NCBI GenBank assembly: GCA_965232515.1 | Contig: CBDDPY010000002.1 | Location: 6,944,001-7,008,000, forward strand | Length of the DNA: 64,000 nt | Source: Alphaproteobacteria bacterium | GTDB lineage: Bacteria > Pseudomonadota > Alphaproteobacteria > GCA-2731375 | Direction: 5' to 3' | Shown: positions 57,372 to 64,000 of the stretch, piece by piece | Position numbering within the stretch: position 1 is the first letter of the stretch | Layout: each line of letters begins with the position of its first letter | Notes under the pieces: generated by a model | Database searches by the model: none | The model's input: only the letters and a program-made list of their open reading frames with translations | What the model was told of the DNA's origin: nothing | Made by a program: the position numbers and the translations under genes

Positions 57372-58259
57372 ATGGACTCACCGACCGCCCGTGTCTTAGA
57401 CGATCTCGCCCTCTACGGAACCGGCCCCATCCCGATCGAAAACGATCCATTACCGGACGATCACGCATCGGAACGATCCGCCGCCGCGCTCATCATCGCC
57501 CTGCACGAAGCATTCGACGGCACGGCGCTGGAGACCCATACGGAAGACGTCGCCTGGGGTCTCGTCAACGTCTTCCACCGCAAGATCGACCGCCTGGAGC
57601 GCTACTTGGCCGACAACGAAGCCCGTCAGCGGACCCTCATCGATGAACAGGACGGCTCTGAGATCAAATCCGTCGAACTCGAACGCGAAACCGCCAAGGG
57701 CCAGGCGCTGCTGGAGCACATCCGCGCCTTCGAGGACATGCGCACCGCCATGGCGGATGCGTTCCACACGGTCACGGGATCCACCTGGAAGCCTCGGTCA
57801 GGCTCCCGCAAGGCAGCGCCGGGACTCACGTCAGCCATCATCGATGCACGAGATTTCTCGCGCGCGCTCGCGAAGCGCGATCTGGCCGATCATCTTCCCG
57901 AAGGGCCGAAGATCGCCTTCGGCGGCGGCGCCGACTGGCTCGACATCGACGCCATATACCGCGTGCTCGACAAAGTGCATGGCCGCTATCCCGACATGGT
58001 CCTCTGCCACGGCGGGCAGACCCGCGGCGCCGAAGTCGCGGCCGCCGCCTGGGCCGAGGCACGCGGCGTCGCCCAGATCGTGTTCAAGCCCGACTTCGCG
58101 AAGCACGGCAAGGCCGCGCCTTTCAAGCGCAACGACATGATGGTCGCGGCCGGTCTCACGGGGGTCGTGCTCTTCCCCGGAAACGGCATCACGCTCAATC
58201 TCGGCCAGAAAGCCGATCACGCGAGTATCCGCGTCATGCGCTGCGGAGTCGGCCGTTAG
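57372..58259 (+). CDS. DUF2493 (YspA/SLOG-like) domain protein
   Basis: WG.VN.FHR, EQDGSE.KSVELE, GPKIAF.GG, PDMVL.HGG...GAE, GKAAPFKRND.M, FPG.GI. Confidence 0.85.
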   Translation: MDSPTARVLDDLALYGTGPIPIENDPLPDDHASERSAAALIIALHEAFDGTALETHTEDVAWGLVNVFHRKIDRLERYLADNEARQRTLIDEQDGSEIKSVELERETAKGQALLEHIRAFEDMRTAMADAFHTVTGSTWKPRSGSRKAAPGLTSAIIDARDFSRALAKRDLADHLPEGPKIAFGGGADWLDIDAIYRVLDKVHGRYPDMVLCHGGQTRGAEVAAAAWAEARGVAQIVFKPDFAKHGKAAPFKRNDMMVAAGLTGVVLFPGNGITLNLGQKADHASIRVMRCGVGR

Positions 58260-58594
58260 GCCGTCTCCATCGCTCCGTTCTCACATCGATCCAAGAGCTG
58301 GTCCTGCGAGCGCAATTGTCTGTTGGCCCCTAAAGCGTCTCATGCCGTCTGTCCACGAATGAACCGTGTCCATTCACCATACACGCATTGTCGGATCCCA
58401 TCACGACCATCAAACAGTCTGAGATGCATAAGACAACTTTGCACTGGACGCGATCCCAACAATTACATGCCGCTTCCAATAGAAAACAGCGATGAGGGTC
58501 CTTTCTCCTACGCTGAATGCGACAATAGGCGCTATATAGTTCGGTTGACACTCGCCGCGGCTATCATGTTCAGATATCGCGGCTGGAGGCGTGA

Positions 58595-58996
58595 TTGAAC
58601 AGACGCGGACATCTTTTGCGATCCTTAGGTTGCCATCTGGCGATCATAGCGTTGTTCGCGCAATTAGTGGCGCCGGTCGCATTCGCATCGCGTCCAGGCC
58701 TCGACGTCGCCGGCTTCCTTTGTATGCCGTTGGGAACGCTGTCCGAAGAGGCGCGTGCCGAAGCCGAAGCTCTATTGTCGGACCTTCTCGGCCACGAGCA
58801 AAACGACAACCGCAACACCTCACACTGTCCATTCTGTGTTCTCGTCCATGGTGTTCCGTTGCCGGAACACTATGCGGCGCCTCTCATCTTTGTCGGACAC
58901 CGGGAAGTAAAGACGCGCTCATTCGAAGCGCCCGTCGTCTACCGCCCGCACGGACCGCCGCTGGGCTTACGCGCACCTCCCTCGATCTCTCTCTAA
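58595..58996 (+). CDS. DUF2946-family upstream regulatory ORF (CruR/CutF-like)
   Basis: Hydrophobic signal-like N-terminus, HCPFC, C-terminal RAPP four residues from the stop; directly upstream of a TBDR and a PepSY gene. Confidence 0.8.
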   Translation: MNRRGHLLRSLGCHLAIIALFAQLVAPVAFASRPGLDVAGFLCMPLGTLSEEARAEAEALLSDLLGHEQNDNRNTSHCPFCVLVHGVPLPEHYAAPLIFVGHREVKTRSFEAPVVYRPHGPPLGLRAPPSISL

Positions 58997-59080
58997 ACCG
59001 CTCCATCGCCTTTGCCGTTTGTATCGCGCGTCGAACCGCGACGTTCCATCGCGCGCGACCGAAAGAGAGAAGCCTGTTCC

Positions 59081-61240
59081 GTGAATACGAAAGCTGCTTG
59101 GTTCGCGGCCCGCGCCTTTGCGGGCGTCGCGACATTCCACCTGCCTGTCGGCGCTCTTGCCCAAGGCGTAGGGCAACAGATCATCCTCGATGAAATCACC
59201 GTTTTTGGAGAACGGTCGTCGTTAACCGCGCCGAACGCGGACGAAGCCCGTGACGCCTTGGAACGTGTCCCGGGAGGCATCGGCTTTGTCGAATCCGATG
59301 TCTTTCTAGACGATTTCGCTCAGAGCATCGGCGATACGCTGGTCTTCACGCCCGGCGTTTACGCCGACACCTCGGCGCAACGGGAAACCCGAATCTCCAT
59401 TAGAGGGTCAGGCCTCAATTCCACCTTCGAGCGGCGGGGAATCACTGTCCGCCGGGACGGCGTGCCGATCTCGCGGGCGAGCGGCAGCACCGAGTTTCAG
59501 GAAGTCGATCCGCTGACGATCGATTACATCGAAGTCTTCAAAGGCGCGAACGGTCTGCGCTACGGCGCGGCATCCCTCGGCGGCGCCATCAATATCGTTT
59601 CGCCCACGGGCCGGACACGAGAGGAAACGTACACGTTCCGCGCCGAAGGCGGCAGTTTCGGCACGGCGCGCACGAGCGCCAGCGTCGCGCACGCCGATGA
59701 CGAATGGGACTTCTATGGCGGCGTAACGGGCTTGCGCTCGGACGGCTATCGCGACCACAGCGATGTGCGCAGCGTCTACGGACACTCCAATATTGGCCGC
59801 ACGTTCGAGAACGGCGTCGAGACGCGCGTGTATCTGACCGCGCTTAGCGACAATTTCGAGTTGGCGGGCAGTCTGGCGCTTGACGACGCGCTGGCCAATC
59901 CGACGGCGGCCGGCCGTCCGGTGACGATCGGTCCCTTCTTTCCCGGAGGGCCGGTGACGGTGCTGGATCCGGGTCCGGAAGCGGACGACTGGGACCGCAA
60001 CCTGGATGTGTTCCGTATCGCCAACAAGACTGCCATTCCATTGGATGACGTCACGCTGGAGGTAGGCGCGTGGTACGCGCTGCGCGATCTTGACCATGCG
60101 ATTACCCGCTTCGCCGGCATTATCGTGCAGGAAGAACATGAGGTCGGCGGCTTCCTTCGCCTCGCTGGCTACAACGAATTGGGCGGGCGCACGGTTGACT
60201 GGTTAGTCGGCGCAGAGATCGCTGCGTCGGACAATGACGCGCGCCGCTTCGAAAACGATTTCGGCGCACGTGGCGCCTTAGCGAGCCGGAGCGACCAGGA
60301 TGCGCGCAATGTGCTGGTCTACGGCCAAGCAGATATTCCATTGACGGATGACCTGACCGCCATTGTCGGCATCCAATATCTCAACACCCTTCGCAAGAGC
60401 GAAGACGTGTTCAACGCCGTCGACGGTGATGTCAGCGAATCCCAGATCAATCCGCGTTTGGGCTTGCTCTGGGACATCGACGACAGTGCGCAACTTTTCT
60501 TCAACGTCAATCGCGGCTTCGAGCCTGCCGGTATTTCCGACCTCACAGCCGGCGGCGTTCTCGACTTCACTCCGCTTGATGCGCAAGAAGCCTGGACGGT
60601 CGAGGTCGGTACGCGCGGCCAACGCGACTGGATCGCCTGGGACCTCTCCGTCTACCGCAGTTGGATCAGGAACGAGTTTATCGATCTCGCCCAGCCGGGC
60701 TTTGGCGGCTTCGTCTCGGCCACGTTCAATGCCGACAAGACGGTCCATCAAGGCGTCGAGCTCGGCGTCGACCTGTTTTTGACGCCGTCGGCCCTCGAGG
60801 AAAAGGGCGGCAAACTCATCTGGCGGAATATCTATACCTATAACGACTTTTTCTTCGCGAGCGATCCTCGGGACTTGAATGGGCAGGCATTTTCGTTCGA
60901 CGGCAACCGTCTCGCCGGCGTGCCGAAACACGTCTATGTGTCGGAACTCCGCCTGGAAAAAGACCGATGGTACGCCGCGGTCAACTTCCGCTGGGTGCCG
61001 GACGGGCATTTTGTCGATTTCGCCAATACGGTTCAAGTTCCGGGATATGAGCTCGTCGGCGTGACGGCAGGCTACGACGTCACCGACATTGTACGCCTCT
61101 TCGTCTCCGCGGAAAACCTGACCGACAAGCGATACATCTCCAACGTTTCGACCGTTGCCGATCAATCCGTCGAGAACGCCCGGGTGTTCACGCCGGGGCA
61201 AGGGCGCGCCGTCTTCGGCGGTCTCTCCGTCTCTTTTTAA
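59081..61240 (+). CDS. TonB-dependent receptor (BfrG/YncD-like)
   Basis: TonB box LDEITV, PGG...V, R.SIRGSGL, DGVPI..A.G, KGAN.L.YGA..LGGAIN, NLTD..Y, PG.GR, terminal Phe; start uncertain (ORF open from 59012). Confidence 0.9.
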   Translation: MNTKAAWFAARAFAGVATFHLPVGALAQGVGQQIILDEITVFGERSSLTAPNADEARDALERVPGGIGFVESDVFLDDFAQSIGDTLVFTPGVYADTSAQRETRISIRGSGLNSTFERRGITVRRDGVPISRASGSTEFQEVDPLTIDYIEVFKGANGLRYGAASLGGAINIVSPTGRTREETYTFRAEGGSFGTARTSASVAHADDEWDFYGGVTGLRSDGYRDHSDVRSVYGHSNIGRTFENGVETRVYLTALSDNFELAGSLALDDALANPTAAGRPVTIGPFFPGGPVTVLDPGPEADDWDRNLDVFRIANKTAIPLDDVTLEVGAWYALRDLDHAITRFAGIIVQEEHEVGGFLRLAGYNELGGRTVDWLVGAEIAASDNDARRFENDFGARGALASRSDQDARNVLVYGQADIPLTDDLTAIVGIQYLNTLRKSEDVFNAVDGDVSESQINPRLGLLWDIDDSAQLFFNVNRGFEPAGISDLTAGGVLDFTPLDAQEAWTVEVGTRGQRDWIAWDLSVYRSWIRNEFIDLAQPGFGGFVSATFNADKTVHQGVELGVDLFLTPSALEEKGGKLIWRNIYTYNDFFFASDPRDLNGQAFSFDGNRLAGVPKHVYVSELRLEKDRWYAAVNFRWVPDGHFVDFANTVQVPGYELVGVTAGYDVTDIVRLFVSAENLTDKRYISNVSTVADQSVENARVFTPGQGRAVFGGLSVSF

Positions 61241-61268
61241 TCAAGACCTTCTGTGAACGGAGAGAACC

Positions 61269-62780
61269 ATGCGTGTCCAATCGATTAAGCTTCACCGTTT
61301 CCTCGCAATCCTTGGCGGGATCGGGCTCTTGCTGTGGGGCGGCTCTGGTCTCCTACATCCAATCATCACCACCTGGGGCCCCCAGCAGGCAGTGTTCTAC
61401 CCGCCATCGCATCCTGTCGATCTCGCTGGCATCCGGCCGATTCACGAAACGCTGGCGGATGCAGGTATCGCGCAAGCCGCCGCCATTCGCATCGTCCCCG
61501 GTAATAATGAAAGCCTCCTACAGGTTACCGAAGACCCGCAAGCGCCTCGGCGATATTTCCGCCTCGGTGACGGCGCGGAGTTGCCAGACCATGACAAGAC
61601 GCACGCCGTATTTCTGGCGCGCCACTACACGCGGGAAGAAGCGCCGGTGCGCTCCGTCGAATGGATCGACGACTTCACGCCCAGCTATCCGTGGGTCAAT
61701 CGTCTCTTGCCGGTCTACAAGGTCACGTTCGACCGGCCGGACAATCTCACCATCTATGTCTACACGGAAACCAACGCCGCCGCGGGTGTCGACAACAGAT
61801 TCAAATCCTTTCTGCAAACCGGCTTTCGCTGGTTCCACACCTGGAGCTGGTTCTCGGTCGAGGCTGATTGGGCCCGTGTCATCCTGATGGCGCTCTTCGT
61901 CGGATCGCTTCTGGCGCTGGCGCTCAGCGGCGTCACGATGATCGTGCTCATCCGCCGCAAGGCACGCGCACCCGGCATCCGCGGATGGCATCGCATCGCC
62001 GGCTACGCGGCGGCGCTGCCGCTCTTGATGTTCACCTCGAGCGGGCTTTTTCACCTTATTCAGTATGCGGCGACGCCACCGACCAAGAACCTCACCCTGT
62101 CGCCCTCCGTCTCCCTCGCCAGCGCGTCCTTTCCGATTCATGAGCAATGGGCTGACCTGAGCGCCGGACTCAACGTATCAACGGTCTCCATTATCGAAGA
62201 TGCAAACGGTCGCCTTTTGTATCGCCTGGGACTTGCGGCGCCCCGTCGTGGCGGCCCTGAGACCCCGTCGGAAATCCGCAACGCCCGCTTTGACGGCGTC
62301 GAACGCACGGGGCCTGCGCTCTATATCGACGCATCGACCGGCGCGCCGCTTAAGGACGGCGACCGGGAAATCGCCTTGCAATTGGGCGAGCGGTTTACCG
62401 GCGTCTCGCGACAGGCGATCCACAACACCGAACTCGTCACGCGGTTCGGGCCGCAATACGATTTCCGCAACAAGCGTCTACCCGTCTGGCGGCTCGACTA
62501 TGGCGCGCCGGTCAACGCAACGATCTTCGTTGACACCACGAGCGGTGTTCTCGCCGACCGCACGCCCGACCATGCGAAAGCCGAACAGTGGAGCTTTTCC
62601 TATCTCCATAAATGGAATTTTCTCTTTCCACTCGGTCGCGAGGCTCAAAACGTCATTGTCTCCATCGCGGTGGCATTCAGTCTTGTGTTCATGGCTGGGA
62701 TCGGGCTCACACTCGATCTGCGGCGCAGAAAGAACTCACGTAGTTCTCGTCGCAAGCGCAAACATCCCAAGCCCTCTTGA
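61269..62780 (+). CDS. PepSY-domain/PepSY-associated TM protein
   Basis: LHR.L, SGLLHP, YPWVNRLLPV, FHTWSW, WHR, NKRLPV, LHKWNF. Confidence 0.82.
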   Translation: MRVQSIKLHRFLAILGGIGLLLWGGSGLLHPIITTWGPQQAVFYPPSHPVDLAGIRPIHETLADAGIAQAAAIRIVPGNNESLLQVTEDPQAPRRYFRLGDGAELPDHDKTHAVFLARHYTREEAPVRSVEWIDDFTPSYPWVNRLLPVYKVTFDRPDNLTIYVYTETNAAAGVDNRFKSFLQTGFRWFHTWSWFSVEADWARVILMALFVGSLLALALSGVTMIVLIRRKARAPGIRGWHRIAGYAAALPLLMFTSSGLFHLIQYAATPPTKNLTLSPSVSLASASFPIHEQWADLSAGLNVSTVSIIEDANGRLLYRLGLAAPRRGGPETPSEIRNARFDGVERTGPALYIDASTGAPLKDGDREIALQLGERFTGVSRQAIHNTELVTRFGPQYDFRNKRLPVWRLDYGAPVNATIFVDTTSGVLADRTPDHAKAEQWSFSYLHKWNFLFPLGREAQNVIVSIAVAFSLVFMAGIGLTLDLRRRKNSRSSRRKRKHPKPS

Positions 62781-63259
62781 AAGTCCCCGCCACGCTGAAG
62801 ACCGAACGCAGACTTTACCTGACCGTTGCCAATGCAGATCTGGAAGCGTTCTTGCGTACCCGATCTTTCAACCGAGACTTGGCGCTGAGCTTTAGGACAT
62901 CGTCGTCTTGTCGTATCGGCAGGTTCCGTTGGTGAAGGTCCGGGCCGGCATCGCGGCGGGAGTGCTCTCAACGCGGCTGTTCGCAAAAGCTCCCTCTCTT
63001 CTAACCGCATTGGACTGGGCGTGCCGCTTAAGTCCGCATCGACGCGTTCGTCAATCCATCACGTTTTCAGTCGGTCTACCGGCGATCAACGGGCTGCCTT
63101 CCAAGCTTTGCCGGCACACGGTCAAAGGCCGCTGTTCACCCCTTCTTTCATTGGTGATTGCGACCGTTTCCATCACACCGGCGCCAATTGATTTCGCTCC
63201 GTTCCGCTTCCTTCTTCATGGATCGATCCCCACCGAAGAACCTGATCCCTTCGTTCGGA

Positions 63260-63555
63260 CGGGTCTTATGAGGGCCGCGATACGCGGTCTCAACCCGGCC
63301 CGGCTCCCCCCGTGTTGTTCGCGGGGCCGACGCATAGGAACCCGCGCCGGACTGACGCCGGCGCGGAACCCTTGCGCGTCCACCCGCTCACGGCCCGCGC
63401 CAGGGGGCCGGTCCGGGTCCTCCGCTAACGCTCCGGTCCGCTCTTCTTAATCAGGAGACGGACCGCTTGCGCGGCCCGGCATTTTCTTTTGCGCGGATGA
63501 AACCCCGATCTTTGCGCCCCTCATTGGCCGACCCGTCGAAGGGATCGGCCCTTCG
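63260..63555 (+). other. Multi-hairpin GC-rich region upstream of DUF736 (ssDNA promoter/ssi-like)
   Basis: CCGCGCCGG/CCGGCGCGG (63342-63366), CGGTCCG/CGGACCG (63434-63465), GGCCGA/TCGGCC (63526-63550). Confidence 0.5.
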
Positions 63556-63584
63556 GCATTCATCTTGAAGAAGGAAATCGAACG

Positions 63585-63908
63585 ATGTCGAACATTGGCT
63601 ATGTGAAGCAAACTGGCGAACACCACTATGAAGGTGAACTCTCCGGCCTCCTGAACTGGCGTGGCAAGATCCGTCTGCAACCCCTGACGAACGCCGTCTC
63701 GCCCAACGCTCCCGAGATGGAAGTCGTCGCGGAAAACGGCGCTCCGATCGGCACGGCCCGGGTCCGGATGAGCAGAAAGTCCGGCAATCCTTACGTCAAC
63801 CTGGCGATCAAGCATCCCCAGATCGCCCGCGGCGGCCCGATCTTCGCCAACCTCGGTCCCGCGAACGACCAGGACGACGGAGACGTCTTCGCCATCATCG
63901 CCAACTAG
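63585..63908 (+). CDS. DUF736 family protein
   Basis: IG.V......Y.G.L..L, AP...V......IG.A....S...G.PY..L....P......I.ANL; RBS AAGGA. Confidence 0.8.
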   Translation: MSNIGYVKQTGEHHYEGELSGLLNWRGKIRLQPLTNAVSPNAPEMEVVAENGAPIGTARVRMSRKSGNPYVNLAIKHPQIARGGPIFANLGPANDQDDGDVFAIIAN

Positions 63909-63924
63909 CCCCGGTTGGCGCATC

Positions 63925-63962
63925 GGCCCCGCGCGGGAAACCCTCCCGGCCCGCGCGGGGCC
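63925..63962 (+). terminator. Strong hairpin downstream of DUF736
   Basis: GGCCCCGCGCGGG...CCCGCGCGGGGCC; poor U-tract. Confidence 0.5.
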
Positions 63963-64000
63963 TTCCTCATTCCAGCCGGCTTTCGCCCTCCGGCCCACCA

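Larger units (their letters stand above)
45670..64000 (+). mobile_element. Backbone (leading-region-like segment) of an alphaproteobacterial ICE or conjugative plasmid
   Basis: Co-oriented XRE, ParB, ArdC, MTase-Strawberry notch, DUF2493 and DUF736; relaxase/T4SS not in the window, so boundaries are unknown. Confidence 0.8.

Noticed and set aside
62781-63450. 180-aa ORF 62908-63450 and 183-aa ORF 63447-63998 (-)
   Set aside because: No RBS or motifs; they overlap the hairpin array or lie antisense to DUF736
1-64000. CRISPR array, rRNA or intact tRNA genes
   Set aside because: No regularly spaced repeat-spacer series or full cloverleaf seen; the only tRNA-like sequence is a 13-nt 3'-end match at 5713-5725

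Overview
GC-rich alphaproteobacterial-type accessory DNA. It reads as the cargo plus part of the backbone of an integrative/conjugative element or plasmid. No rRNA, intact tRNA, CRISPR array, relaxase, T4SS or intact integrase is visible. Left to right: (1) 1-4.6 kb, an IclR-controlled catabolic cluster (ABC ATPases, HpcH aldolase, RidA, enolase-superfamily enzyme). (2) 4.6-7.3 kb, decayed IS remnants (IS3, IS6, IS630, IS1595), a tRNA-Met-like att palindrome and a molybdo-oxidoreductase fragment. (3) 7.4-15.0 kb, a TRAP/AtuA/DUF4387/DehI-like/amidase/GntR catabolic operon. (4) 15-30 kb, single housekeeping-type genes for Fe-S and cofactor metabolism (thiD, yjbQ, rhodanese, nfuA, bolA, grxD, orphan sdhB, fdxA, bioD, B12-riboswitch metE, pyrC) around a divergent Cys-tailed MarR and an Rrf2 lacking the IscR cluster Cys. 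(5) 30.8-44.6 kb, two FecI/FecR/TonB-transducer iron-uptake systems with exbB-exbD-exbD-tonB and five Fur-like boxes. (6) 45.7-64 kb, a conjugative-element leading-region-like backbone: a C-protein-like XRE with a C-box-type operator, a PAPS-reductase-family gene, ParB, ArdC, small ORFs, a methylase/Strawberry-notch helicase, DUF2493 and DUF736. This backbone carries a hairpin leader repeated three times and internal terminators, and is interrupted by a CruR-like (CxxC + RAPP)/TBDR/PepSY cassette. All family assignments are from motif recognition by eye; no database search was run.
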